64,000 nucleotides of DNA, from positions 15,383 to 79,382 of the forward strand of contig JBNRMN010000090.1 in assembly GCA_050309605.1 (NCBI GenBank). Reading direction: 5' to 3'. This DNA comes from Anaerohalosphaeraceae bacterium (GTDB taxonomy: Bacteria; Planctomycetota; Phycisphaerae; Sedimentisphaerales; Anaerohalosphaeraceae). A program made the position numbers and the translations under genes. The notes under the pieces were generated by a model. It searched no databases, was not told the origin of the DNA, and was given only the letters and a program-made list of their open reading frames with translations. This document shows, one piece after another, positions 50,478 to 60,823 of this stretch; the first letter of the stretch is position 1, and each line of letters begins with the position of its first letter.

Positions 50478-51482
50478 ATGGATTTGACCGAGCTGCGCCT
50501 GAACGTGCTGCGGGTTGTCTTGTTTCGATTTATTGTGTTTGTGCTTATCGTTGCGGCTTTTGGACTGGTGCTTGAGAGTGTGGGCCTCAGCATTGTCGGG
50601 CTGTTGGACACTGCGTCCGGTCGATGGTTCATCGGCAGCGGGCTGAAAGTCTTTCTGATTGTCGCCGTAACCGCGGCGGTTTTGAAAATCTTTTCGATGT
50701 TGCTGGATCACAGCTTTTCGAAGCTTTCGGCTTGCTGTGACGACGAACTGAACAAACGCGCCGATACCCTCAAAGCAGTCATTCGAAACGCGGTGTATGG
50801 TCTTCTGATTTTCATTGCCATTATTATGATATTGGATAATGTGGGTTTGAATGTCGGTCCGCTTTTGACGACCGCCGGCCTGTTGGGTGTGGGGATCGGT
50901 TTTGGCGCTCAGCAGTTGGTGCGGGATGTGATCAATGGTTTTTTTATCCTGTTGGATAATCAGGTTCGTGTTGGTGATGTGGCCGGTATGGCGGGGAAAA
51001 CCGGGCTGGTTGAACGTGTTAATCTGCGAATGATTGTGCTGCGCGACGGTTCAGGCAACGTTCATTTTATTCGCAACGGCGAAATCCGTGTTGTGACCAA
51101 TATGACCAAGGAGTACTCGCGGTATGTGTTTGAGGTGGGTGTGGCCTATCGGGAGGATGTGGATGAGGTGATTGCTGTTCTCAAACAAATCGACGATGAA
51201 ATGCGGCAGGACCCCGAATACGGCCCGGATATTCTTGAGCCGCTTGAGGTGCAGGGTCTGGATCGCTTTGCGGACTCGGCCGTCATTGTACGTGCTCGAA
51301 ACAAAACCAAGCCGAGGCGTCAATGGGCCGTCGGACGGGAATTTAACCGTCGAATGAAAAAGAAGTTCGACGAGCTGGGGATCGAGATTCCCTTCCCGCA
51401 CAGGACGCTGTATATGGGACGGGGCAAAGACGGTTCGGCCGCACCGGTCAATGTTCGTATGCCGTCCGCCGCGTCGTCTTAA
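50478..51482 (+). CDS. MscS-family mechanosensitive channel (YbiO-like)
   Basis: GFGAQQLVRDVINGFFIL, VRVGD, GIEIPFP. Confidence 0.92.
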   Translation: MDLTELRLNVLRVVLFRFIVFVLIVAAFGLVLESVGLSIVGLLDTASGRWFIGSGLKVFLIVAVTAAVLKIFSMLLDHSFSKLSACCDDELNKRADTLKAVIRNAVYGLLIFIAIIMILDNVGLNVGPLLTTAGLLGVGIGFGAQQLVRDVINGFFILLDNQVRVGDVAGMAGKTGLVERVNLRMIVLRDGSGNVHFIRNGEIRVVTNMTKEYSRYVFEVGVAYREDVDEVIAVLKQIDDEMRQDPEYGPDILEPLEVQGLDRFADSAVIVRARNKTKPRRQWAVGREFNRRMKKKFDELGIEIPFPHRTLYMGRGKDGSAAPVNVRMPSAASS

Positions 51483-51633
51483 AGGTCTGATTGAAAAGCT
51501 ATTGCGTAACGACTGCATAAGACAGCGGCAGTACCGCGGCCCGGCGTTGAATCGGCGATGAATTAAGACTTGACAAGTCAGACTCCCTGTTTCACTATAA
51601 CAGCATCAAAGAACTCTATTCAGGAGAAAGCAA

Positions 51634-52794
51634 ATGGATTTTGGCGAATTATTACAAGACACCGGTCAATGGCTCATCGGTCCGGGTTTGTTGATTGTTC
51701 TGACGGTAGTCATTACCGCTGTGGTTATCAAGGCGGCGCGTTTCTTTATTGATCATCTCTTTGCACGTCTGGAACGTACGGAAAACGGCAAGGTGAAAAT
51801 GCGCGTCGAAACGTTCAAGCCTGTCTTATACAACATTCTGCGGGTCGCTGTTGTTCTGATCGCACTCGGATTGATCCTTGAGATCATGGGTGTCAGTATT
51901 GCCGGCCTGCTCGAAACCACGGCGGGCCGATGGTTTATCAGCAGCGGCTTGAGAATCTTGAGCATTATCGCCGTGACCATCGTGGCGTTGAAGCTGGCTT
52001 CGCTTTTTCTGGATCACGCCTTTTTACGGATTGAAAAGAAGCAGGATTCGGAAATGATCAAGCGATCCGAGACCCTTAAAGCCGTGATTCGCCATATGCT
52101 TCAGGTGGTGCTGGTTTCGATTGCCGTTGTTATGATTTTGGATAATTTGGGGCTGGATATTGGCCCGATTCTGGCCGCTGCCGGTGTGATTGGTCTTGCC
52201 GTCGGTTTTGGCGCTCAGCAGTTGGTGCGGGATGTCATCAACGGCTTTTTTATCCTGATGGACGACCAGATTCGCGTGGGGGATGTGGTCAGCATCGCCG
52301 GGCAGGGCGGTTTTGTAGAAGACGTAAATTTACGAATGACCAAATTGCGTGATTTGTCCGGCAATGTGCATTACGTTCGCAATGGTGAGATTACCGTCGT
52401 GACCAATATGACCAAAGAGTTTTCGCGGTATGTCTTTGATGTGCGCGTAGCGCTACGGGAAGATGTCGATGAGGTCATCGCTGTACTCAAGCAGATCGAT
52501 GCGGAGATGCGGAATGATCCCGGCTACGGCTCGGACATTCTTGAGCCGCTGGAGGTACTGGGGCTGGATCGCTTTGCCGATTCGGGAGTTATTGTACGTG
52601 TCCGTACCAAAACCAAGCCGATTCGCCAGTGGGCTGTCGGCCGCGAGTTCAACCGACGGATGAAAAAGAAATTCGACGAGATGGGCATCGAAATCCCGTT
52701 CCCGCATGTGATGCTCTACATGGGACAGGACAAAGACGGCAGCGCGCCGCCGATGAACGTCACCATGAAACCCGGCCCCACCGCCGCCAGTTAA
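51634..52794 (+). CDS. MscS-family mechanosensitive channel (tandem paralog)
   Basis: Same core motifs; internally duplicated N-terminal TM hairpin. Confidence 0.93.
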   Translation: MDFGELLQDTGQWLIGPGLLIVLTVVITAVVIKAARFFIDHLFARLERTENGKVKMRVETFKPVLYNILRVAVVLIALGLILEIMGVSIAGLLETTAGRWFISSGLRILSIIAVTIVALKLASLFLDHAFLRIEKKQDSEMIKRSETLKAVIRHMLQVVLVSIAVVMILDNLGLDIGPILAAAGVIGLAVGFGAQQLVRDVINGFFILMDDQIRVGDVVSIAGQGGFVEDVNLRMTKLRDLSGNVHYVRNGEITVVTNMTKEFSRYVFDVRVALREDVDEVIAVLKQIDAEMRNDPGYGSDILEPLEVLGLDRFADSGVIVRVRTKTKPIRQWAVGREFNRRMKKKFDEMGIEIPFPHVMLYMGQDKDGSAPPMNVTMKPGPTAAS

Positions 52795-52805
52795 AGGCTA
52801 AGGAA

Positions 52806-52964
52806 GTGGCACGGGCTTCCAGCCCGTGAAAACATAACGCATTGTCATAATAGGGTTAAAATTTATTTTTGACCTTAAGTTTTATGGCCACCTCTAATCA
52901 TGGAATATTGCATGGCCAAGATGGCCGACCGACACGACATTCACGGGCAAGATGCCCGTGATAC
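52806..52964. repeat. inverted pair of REP-like palindromes (REPIN-like)
   Basis: GTGG-CACGGGC-TTCCA-GCCCGTG (52806-52828) and CACGGGC-AAGAT-GCCCGTG-ATAC (52942-52964), with degenerate GGCC-AAGAT-GGCC at ~52914. Confidence 0.75.
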
Positions 52965-53096
52965 CTGATTTTTAGAGGTGGCCCTATATTTTTGAATTTG
53001 TTTAGTCCCGATGTATCGGGATAGAGTTTAGTGCTTAGAATTTTAAACTTCGTGATAAAAATCGCAGTCAATTTTGACGGATACGGAGATTGGTCA

Positions 53097-53318
53097 ATGC
53101 CGATATTTGAATATGAATGCCCGCAGTGCGGGTTTGTCAACGAAGCCCTGGTCAAAAACGCCGACGTCAAGGCGCCCGCCTGCCCGCAGTGTAGCCACAA
53201 AAAGACCCGCAAGAAGATGTCCGGCTTTTCGGCCGTGGTCAACGCGTCCGCGGCCGCCCCGTCCCACTGCCAGGCCTGCCCCAACGCCGGCGGCTGTCCG
53301 AGCTTCAACAAGTATTAA
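53097..53318 (+). CDS. FmdB-family zinc ribbon protein
   Basis: MPIFEYECPQCG...CPQC...MSGF...CQACPNAGGC. Confidence 0.88.
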   Translation: MPIFEYECPQCGFVNEALVKNADVKAPACPQCSHKKTRKKMSGFSAVVNASAAAPSHCQACPNAGGCPSFNKY

Positions 53319-53413
53319 TATAGAGTCAGGGTGTCGTTTTATGGCAAAAAAATCGGGGATCGTCTTTGAAAAATAAGATGGACTAATGACGCATTGTGGG
53401 TAGAATAGCCTTC

Positions 53414-53773
53414 ATGGCCACATTTTTCAACAGGTACAAATTGTTCTGGGTGTATGTCATATCTGCCGTTATCGCGTTCAATGGCGTGTTGGCAGGTCCG
53501 AAATGCGACTCGGCAAAGGCCGATCAGCCGATCAGCCTCTATTCATTGCCGGCTAATGGACACATGTTGTTTTCGCCGTGTGTAATCTCAAGCCGAGTGT
53601 GGAAATCAACTGTTCTTGAACATTCAAACGGGGGGCCATGCTGGGTCAGGTGTTATTATGGTTTCTTGAAAACAAGTTCCGATAATTTATTGTTCTGCGA
53701 CAGCACAACCGACCTGCAGATCGGACTTGAGTTTCCTACGCTTCATTCCCTTGGTTGTCTTTTTATTATTTGA
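53414..53773 (+). CDS. hypothetical protein
   Basis: ORF with an N-terminal hydrophobic stretch; no recognised motif. Confidence 0.4.
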   Translation: MATFFNRYKLFWVYVISAVIAFNGVLAGPKCDSAKADQPISLYSLPANGHMLFSPCVISSRVWKSTVLEHSNGGPCWVRCYYGFLKTSSDNLLFCDSTTDLQIGLEFPTLHSLGCLFII

Positions 53774-53887
53774 TTTACCTCTGGCAGGGTTTCAATGTCA
53801 CAAGTCTGCGAACCTGCGGATAGTTTCGTTAACATTCGATGCAGGTAGTTTTCTTTACTCACAACCCTTATGTCAGGAGTTCTCATA

Positions 53888-54346
53888 ATGAACAAAAAGA
53901 CTTCTCAGGATTCAATCGCATATATTCGCCAACTTCTCGACTCCAATGAAGTGGAAAGAGCGTTTCAGTATATTAATAAAAAAGGTACACATAAGCCTGA
54001 ATTGCGCAACGCGTTGGGCGTTTGTCTGTTGCGGCTGGGAGAAACCGAAAAGGCTGTCGGGATATTGCGGGAATTGGTTTTTCAAAAACATTTGTCCGTT
54101 CCAAAAGACACGCCGCCGCTTTTTCAGGCTAATTACGCGACGGCCCTGCTGATAAAACGCTATAATCAGATGGCAATCGAAATCATCAAGACGCTGTCTC
54201 CCTCGACCCATCCCTATATCGGTCGGCTTCATGATGCAATCGTCGGATGGCGCAAGAATCTGCCGCTGTACCGGAGAATCTTGTTTAAACTCGGATTGTA
54301 TCCCAACACCAGGATTGTATTGAACTTTCCGCCGGGGCAAATATAA
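53888..54346 (+). CDS. TPR-like hypothetical protein
   Basis: AGGAG RBS; RNALGVCLLRLGETEKAV TPR-like helix pair. Confidence 0.7.
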   Translation: MNKKTSQDSIAYIRQLLDSNEVERAFQYINKKGTHKPELRNALGVCLLRLGETEKAVGILRELVFQKHLSVPKDTPPLFQANYATALLIKRYNQMAIEIIKTLSPSTHPYIGRLHDAIVGWRKNLPLYRRILFKLGLYPNTRIVLNFPPGQI

Positions 54347-54546
54347 AGATCAGGCGGTGACGCAAATGTCAGCGTGTGATTACTGATATTGTGGTTGCAA
54401 TGAGCGGGAAAATGTGTAATCTCTGTATGAATGTTTCGGGACAAGCGGACTATGAATCAAAACAATCATGTAAATCAATATATTGAGTCTGAGAAATATA
54501 CGCAACCGGACAGTATATCCAACCCTGCCGCGAGGAGGAAGAATGT

Positions 54547-56076
54547 ATGCTGATTCTGGCCGCGACGGCGTACAATCCGTATATTTTTCTGGGCATTTCA
54601 CTGCTGCTGTTGGTCAGCGTTCTTGCCAGCAAGGCTTCCGAGTGGCTGGGGGTGCCGGCGCTGCTGATTTTTCTGGTCATCGGGATGCTGGTCGGCTCGG
54701 AAGGACCGATCGGCATTTGGTTTGACAATATCGCCTTGGCCCAGATGATCGGTACGCTGGCGCTGGCATATATTCTTTATTCGGGCGGCCTGGACACGAA
54801 CTGGCGGGTCGTCAAACCCGTTTTGCGGCCGGCGGGATTGCTGGCAACCGTCGGCGTACTGCTGACGACTGCGCTTGTCTCGGTTTTTGCAGTGCTTTTT
54901 TTTGGGTTTTCGTGGCTGGAAGGCTTGCTCCTGGGGTCGGTGATGTCGTCAACTGACGCGGCGGCGGTCTTTTCCATCCTGCGGTCGCGCAGCATCAGCC
55001 TGAAGGGGCGTCTCCAGCCGCTGTTGGAGTTGGAGTCCGGCAGCAATGACCCGATGGCTGTCTTTTTGACCGTGACGATGATCCGACTGCTTCAAACGCC
55101 GACGCTGCCTTGGTGGGTTGCAATCCCGAGCTTTCTGTGGCAGATGGCAATGGGGGCAGCGATGGGGATTCTGTTCGGCAGGTTCATCGCCTACCTGATT
55201 AACAGGACGCGTCTGGAGTACGAAGGGCTGTATCCGGTGTTGACGCTGGCGCTGGTATTGTTCACTTATGGCATCACGGACGTCATCGGCGGCAACGGGT
55301 TTTTGGCGGTATATGTGGCGGGGGTGTATCTGGGCAACAAGAGTTTTCTGCACAAGCGAAGCCTCGTGAGGTTTCATAACGGCATTGCCTGGCTGATGCA
55401 GATTACGGTGTTTTTGACGCTTGGCCTGCTGGTGTTTCCGTCGCATCTGGTACCGGTGTTCGGTTCGGGGCTGCTGTTGGCCGGCTTTTTGATGTTTGTC
55501 GGACGGCCCGTCGCGGTAATGCTCTGTCTCTACCGCAGCGGCTTTTCGTTCCGTGAAAAAGTGCTCGTCTCGTGGGTGGGGCTGCGCGGCGCGGTGCCGA
55601 TCGTGCTTTCAATGTTCCCGTTGATGGCAGGAGTCGCTCGTGCCGAACAAGTATTCAATCTGGTCTTTTTTGTTGTGATTGCCTCGGTCCTGCTGCAGGG
55701 CAAACTGTTGCCCCGGATTGCCGAATGGCTTAAACTGAACGATACCTATAGTCCACGATCCCGGCCGCCGCTTGAATTTGAACACACCGAACCCGGAATT
55801 AGGGCGGATATGGTGGACATTGCAATTTCGCCATTGTCCGAGGTTGTCGGAAAGCGTCTTCTTGAGCTGCAGCTTCCCCATGGCGTCCTGGTTACGCTCG
55901 TACAGAAAGAAAGCGGCGAGTTTTTCATCCCCGACGGTGGGACCGTTCTGCAGGCCAACGATCATGTGCTCGTATTGGGCGAATCGCAATATCTGGAAGA
56001 GGTCCGGCGGCGGATTGCGATTGAAAAAGTCCCGGAGCAAAACGACGTTTCACCGCCCCGCCAACAGAACGAGTGA
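54547..56076 (+). CDS. nhaP2: K+/H+ antiporter NhaP2/CvrA with C-terminal RCK_C (TrkA-C) domain
   Basis: SSTDAAAVFS, LESGSNDP, WVGLRGAVPI, VGKRL.EL.LP...IP.G.T.L...D. Confidence 0.92.
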   Translation: MLILAATAYNPYIFLGISLLLLVSVLASKASEWLGVPALLIFLVIGMLVGSEGPIGIWFDNIALAQMIGTLALAYILYSGGLDTNWRVVKPVLRPAGLLATVGVLLTTALVSVFAVLFFGFSWLEGLLLGSVMSSTDAAAVFSILRSRSISLKGRLQPLLELESGSNDPMAVFLTVTMIRLLQTPTLPWWVAIPSFLWQMAMGAAMGILFGRFIAYLINRTRLEYEGLYPVLTLALVLFTYGITDVIGGNGFLAVYVAGVYLGNKSFLHKRSLVRFHNGIAWLMQITVFLTLGLLVFPSHLVPVFGSGLLLAGFLMFVGRPVAVMLCLYRSGFSFREKVLVSWVGLRGAVPIVLSMFPLMAGVARAEQVFNLVFFVVIASVLLQGKLLPRIAEWLKLNDTYSPRSRPPLEFEHTEPGIRADMVDIAISPLSEVVGKRLLELQLPHGVLVTLVQKESGEFFIPDGGTVLQANDHVLVLGESQYLEEVRRRIAIEKVPEQNDVSPPRQQNE

Positions 56077-56080
56077 AATC

Positions 56081-57152
56081 CTACTCCTGCATCGGTTTTT
56101 GTTCCAGTTCGGCGCGGACGCGGGGCAGGGCGTCGGGGTAGTTGCGCTGCAGAAAATCGATCATCTTTTCGCGCAGGTAACACCGCAAGTTCCACGCCGT
56201 TCCCGCGTCGCCGGCGCTGACCAGCAGTCGCACCTCGACGGTGCGCTCGGTGGCGCCGGTCACCTGCACGATGTTGACCTTGCCGTCCCAGAGTTTGTTT
56301 CCGTCCAGCAGACGGGTTTGTTCGGCGCGGATCGCCTCCACCGGTACGGTGTAGTCCATATAGAGAAACACCGTGCCGAGAATGTCGGCGGTGACGCGCG
56401 TCCAGTTCTGGAACGGCTGTTCGATAAAATTAGGTAATCGGCAAAATCAGGCGGCGCAAGTCCCAGATTCGCACGACGACATAGGTCAGCGTGATTTCTT
56501 CGATGCGCCCCCATTCGCCTTCGACAATCACCACGTCATCGACGCGGATCGGCTGGGTGAAAGCAATCTGCATCCCCGCCACGAAGGTTCCCAGTGTGCG
56601 CTGGGCGGCAAAACCGATGACCAGGCCGGCAATCCCCGCCGAGGCCAGCAGGCCTTTGCCCAACTGCTCGACGCCTTCAAAGGTCATCAGCATCGCCGCA
56701 GCCGCCAAAATGATCAGAAGCACCGTGACGACACGCCGCATCACATTGAGCTGGGTGTGAACTTTGCGTGCGCGGAGATTGTCGCTGATATCCACTCGGA
56801 ATTTTTCAAATACGATGTCCTGGAAAACCCACACCAGACGGTTGAGCAGCCAGGCGATCGTAAAAATCAATAACAAGCTCAGGGCGTGCTGAATACCGCG
56901 CATGACCGGCCCGCCCTCTTCGATCTGGCGGAGGACGAAAAACACCGCCGTCGTTACCAGCATCCAGCGTCCCGCCCGTCGGCAGTGCTTATTGATCACC
57001 CCGTCGGGCAAGATGCTGCTTTTGGCGCTGAACCTTCGAGACACACGAAACACAATCCAATGGATCAGCAGCGCAACGAGCACGGCCGGTACAACGGCCG
57101 CCAAAATCAACACGATATCCCACAATATCGCCGCCAGTGTCTCGATGTTCAT
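56081..57152 (-). pseudogene. MscS-family channel split by a +1 frameshift
   Basis: Minus strand reads ...CCG ATT ACC TAA TTT TAT CGA. Removing one A near 56430 restores PIT-YFIEQPFQNWTR...VFLYMDY and joins the two ORFs. Confidence 0.85.
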
Positions 57153-57382
57153 CGTTTTTCCCTTTCGAATTGTTGCGTTTGGGATTTCCAAACAGTGGGC
57201 ACTTTACCCTATCGGAAGTTCGGCTTTTTTCAAGAAAAAACCACCGGTGAAATCTTTAAGTTACACCTTTAATTAGTACAATTGAGCCACGGAACTCGTT
57301 TGACATTTCGATTGAAGCGGCTAATATGGCGGCTGGTTGGTAAATACGTAATAACGATGCACTTGAGCCGGAGGTGTTTTCA

Positions 57383-57604
57383 ATGCCGATTTTTGAATAT
57401 ATGTGTACACGTTGCGGGTTTGTCCATGAAGCGCTGGTCAGCAGCGCCGCGGTTGCGGCCCCGGCCTGCCCACAGTGCGGCCACCGCAAGACCGTTAAAA
57501 AGATGTCCACGTTTTCAGCCGTGGTCAAAACCGGCGCGGAATCGTCGCCAAAAAACTGTCAAGCCTGCCCCAATGCCGGCGGTTGCCCAGGTTTTGAGGG
57601 ATAG
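57383..57604 (+). CDS. FmdB-family zinc ribbon protein (paralog of 53097-53318)
   Basis: GGAGG RBS; MPIFEYMCTRCG...CPQCG...CQACPNAGGC. Confidence 0.88.
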   Translation: MPIFEYMCTRCGFVHEALVSSAAVAAPACPQCGHRKTVKKMSTFSAVVKTGAESSPKNCQACPNAGGCPGFEG

Positions 57605-57772
57605 CAATAATTAAACCCTAATACGTCCGGTATCCTGAAAAAGGCAATCCTGAATCATTTTTTTGTTGAATTCTTCAAAAATTGAACTATTTAATAAATA
57701 AATTGTCATAAAAATGAGATCTGTGGCGTATATCTATAATAGATTAACAAGTGAATATCTCAAGGAGAGTTT

Positions 57773-58243
57773 ATGGGTCCGGATTTAGAAAAGGCGATTC
57801 ATGAGCTGAGTCTTCGAATGCGGCTGATGCGGGCCATCCAGGAAGAACGGCAGGCCGAGGACGTATTGACCGAACGGGAATCGCTGATTCTTCAGCAGGT
57901 GGCCGAGCAGGGGCCGCTGAGTGTAACGCAGATCGCCGAGGCCTGGCCCAATGTCAGCGAAAGCACCATTTCGATGACGCTGACCAAGCTCTGGAAGCGC
58001 CGGCTGGTGTCCAAGACGATCAGCCCCGAAAATCAGCGGATGACGTTGGTTGATTTGACGGACAAAGGTCATTCTGAATTGGAACAAATCTTTCGGCAGC
58101 GAAAAGAGCGTTTTCAGGCCTTGTTTAACGCGATTCAGGTTACGCCGGAGGAAAAAGAAGTACTGATCCGGATTTGCCAGCGCGGCGTACTGTTTCTTGA
58201 TGAGCTTCTTGGCTTGACCCGCGCGGCAAAAACGAAACATTAA
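57773..58243 (+). CDS. MarR family regulator
   Basis: LTERE..IL, SESTIS.TL.KL....LV, R...V.LT.KG. Confidence 0.88.
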   Translation: MGPDLEKAIHELSLRMRLMRAIQEERQAEDVLTERESLILQQVAEQGPLSVTQIAEAWPNVSESTISMTLTKLWKRRLVSKTISPENQRMTLVDLTDKGHSELEQIFRQRKERFQALFNAIQVTPEEKEVLIRICQRGVLFLDELLGLTRAAKTKH

Positions 58244-58352
58244 CGCTCTTGAAACAATGTGCACGGCATCGGGATCAATAAAGAGCAAGAACAAGCCCCG
58301 GGCACCGGCGGATTGAGCCGCCGGTCAAACACGGGAGAAAGGTGTGTGTGCC

Positions 58353-60743
58353 ATGAAAAGACAGAGCCGACGAATCCATTGGATCGGATGGGTGGGACTG
58401 CCGGCATTGGTGCTGTTGATCGGTGCAGCGGGAGCTGACCGCCGCGCCGAACGGGCTGCGAGTGAACGCGCTGCGCCGCGTGCGCAACGGGCGGAATCTG
58501 CTCCGGTGGCACGGGCTGCGCCGAGCCGACCGGAAAGTCGGGCCGCCCCGTCGGCGCGTCCTGCACCTGCCGCCCCAACACGACCAGCGCCGACGGCAAC
58601 CCGTCCCGAAAGAACGTCCAGGCCTGCACCTCAGGCCTCTGCGCCGACCTCCGGCGCGGCGACGGCTGCACGTCAGCCTTCCTCTCGTCTCAGTTTGAGT
58701 GTCTCCTCGTCCGGCGCGACAGCCTCCACGTCAGCGAGCCGTTCTGCACGAACATCGCGATCGTCGTTTATCTTTTCACGACCGATCGAACGCACGGTCA
58801 TCAGTGCTTCGCCGCGACCTTCGATCACGACGCAGCCGTCTGCGTCGGCTCAGGCGGATCGCAGCAGTCTTGCCCAGCGCTCCATCTCGGCGCGCGACAG
58901 AGCCGTAACGACCATTCGCCGCGACGCAGCACCGACGGCATCGACTGCGGATCGCCCCGACGTTCCGACACGAAGTACCGCTGTCCAAGGGCGTGTCTCG
59001 GAGCGGGTCAGCCGCGACAGTGTGGTCGAGTCGTTGGGCGGCGGATCACCTGCCGGATCGACCGCGGTTGCGGCGTCGCAACGAACTACATCGGCCCGTC
59101 CCGACGGCTTTACATTTTACGGCTCGGCCTGGTATGAGCGCGACCGGGCCTCAAACGAACCCGCTGCTGAGCGCAGCCGGGCCGCTGCAACACTGCGGGA
59201 ACGAACGGTTGAGCCGATTCGCGTCCGCACCGAGGACATTCAGGCGCGTCCGGAGCGAATCACGGCCGATCAAATCCGTCAGCGAGCCGAGCGAACGGCT
59301 GAGCGGTCCGATGCGGCCCCGCACGACAGTGCCGCCTCGCTGGATTCGGCCCGATCCGCGGAAGTCCGTTCGCCCAGCAGCGACGGCGGACGAACGGTCT
59401 GGCCGCGCGTTGAGCGGATGATTTCTCCGGATGACGCCGGCACGGCGGCCTCGACCGCCTCGGCCGACAGACGTTCTGCGCTGGGTCGTACCGAAAGAAC
59501 CGCCGACCTGCGGCAGAGTGTGCGTCCGTCAGCCCGCGACCAGCACGACCGCAGCGCCGGCGGCTCCGATGAGAGGATTAGTACGGCCGCAGCACCGAGT
59601 CGAACCGCTGAGGATCGCTCGACGTTCCGCCGCGACAGTTCCGACCGCGACAGCGTGCGGGCCGCTTCCGCCGAGGCGTCTGCGACCTATACGCGCCCGC
59701 CGCGCGAGCCGTCCAGCCGAATCGTCATCAACGGCGATAACAATGTCATCGTGCAGGGCGATGTCACGGTTCAGCAGACGCGGCCCTACATCCCGCCGCG
59801 CCGGATCACGAGCATCGGCTTTGTCCACACCAGCCCCTATTGGGTTTCGTACGGCAGCGGGTTTGTGTTCCGCTGGTCGAGCCGAAGCTGCGGCGTGGTG
59901 GCGGTGGTGCCGTTTTATGATTACTACGGCGTGACCTATTACTATCCGCGTTATCACCGCCGGTTTGTGTTCGTCAGCCTGGGCGGCTACTGGCCGAGCT
60001 ATCGGTACGTGCGGTACTACTGGTACGGGGCGCATCCCTATTATTGGTACGGCCCGACCGTGCTGACTACGCCGACGGTGCACAATACGTATAATACCTA
60101 CAACACGTACAACACCTACACGACGACGCCGACGACCGGTGCGGCCTCGACCGTCTATTCGACCGAGGGCGATTATCACTTCGACCCGGCGGTGGACGAT
60201 TTCAGTGATGTGCGTGCGCGGCTGGCCGCTGAACAAGACGCGGTGGATGTGCCGTACTTTGAGACCGCGGCGGATTTGAGCTTTGCCCATGCGGTCAAAC
60301 TGTTTGAGGCGGGCAACTACGATGACGCCGCCAGGCAGTTTGCCGAGGCGATGCTGTTGTCGCCGGACGATTCGATTTTACCGTTTACCTATGCCCAGGC
60401 CTTGTTTGCCAAAGGCGATTATGTCGCCGCGGCCGAGGTACTGCGAGCGGCCATGGCCCGCATTCCGGTCGAAGAGCCGACGGTCTATTATCCGCGCGGC
60501 TTGTATGACGAGGATCAAAGGCTGGCCGAGCAGGTTGCCGCGCTGGAAACGGCGCTGGCCGCCGAGCCGGACAACGCCGATTACCATCTGCTGCTGGGGT
60601 ATCACTATGCGGCGCTGGGCGAGTATGACAAGGCGACGATTCTGCTGAATCAGGCCGCCGCTGATGAGGCCAACCTTGACGCGGTCGCCAAGCTGCTCGA
60701 GCTGATCGACCGGCTGCAAAGCGCCCAGGCGGATGTACTGTAA
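58353..60743 (+). CDS. large exported protein: Ala/Arg/Ser low-complexity region, Tyr-rich segment, C-terminal TPRs
   Basis: Signal-like N-terminus; F.AGNYDDA..QF..A...SPDD and YHLLLGYHY..LGEY TPRs; (NTY)x4 at 60084-60119. Confidence 0.75.
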   Translation: MKRQSRRIHWIGWVGLPALVLLIGAAGADRRAERAASERAAPRAQRAESAPVARAAPSRPESRAAPSARPAPAAPTRPAPTATRPERTSRPAPQASAPTSGAATAARQPSSRLSLSVSSSGATASTSASRSARTSRSSFIFSRPIERTVISASPRPSITTQPSASAQADRSSLAQRSISARDRAVTTIRRDAAPTASTADRPDVPTRSTAVQGRVSERVSRDSVVESLGGGSPAGSTAVAASQRTTSARPDGFTFYGSAWYERDRASNEPAAERSRAAATLRERTVEPIRVRTEDIQARPERITADQIRQRAERTAERSDAAPHDSAASLDSARSAEVRSPSSDGGRTVWPRVERMISPDDAGTAASTASADRRSALGRTERTADLRQSVRPSARDQHDRSAGGSDERISTAAAPSRTAEDRSTFRRDSSDRDSVRAASAEASATYTRPPREPSSRIVINGDNNVIVQGDVTVQQTRPYIPPRRITSIGFVHTSPYWVSYGSGFVFRWSSRSCGVVAVVPFYDYYGVTYYYPRYHRRFVFVSLGGYWPSYRYVRYYWYGAHPYYWYGPTVLTTPTVHNTYNTYNTYNTYTTTPTTGAASTVYSTEGDYHFDPAVDDFSDVRARLAAEQDAVDVPYFETAADLSFAHAVKLFEAGNYDDAARQFAEAMLLSPDDSILPFTYAQALFAKGDYVAAAEVLRAAMARIPVEEPTVYYPRGLYDEDQRLAEQVAALETALAAEPDNADYHLLLGYHYAALGEYDKATILLNQAAADEANLDAVAKLLELIDRLQSAQADVL

Positions 60744-60823
60744 ACAACCCCACGGCGCGGGACGAACCGAGGTATTCGTTCCGCGCTGTTTTTGTTTTTT
60801 CGCCCTCGGGTCAGAGGCTGTGT

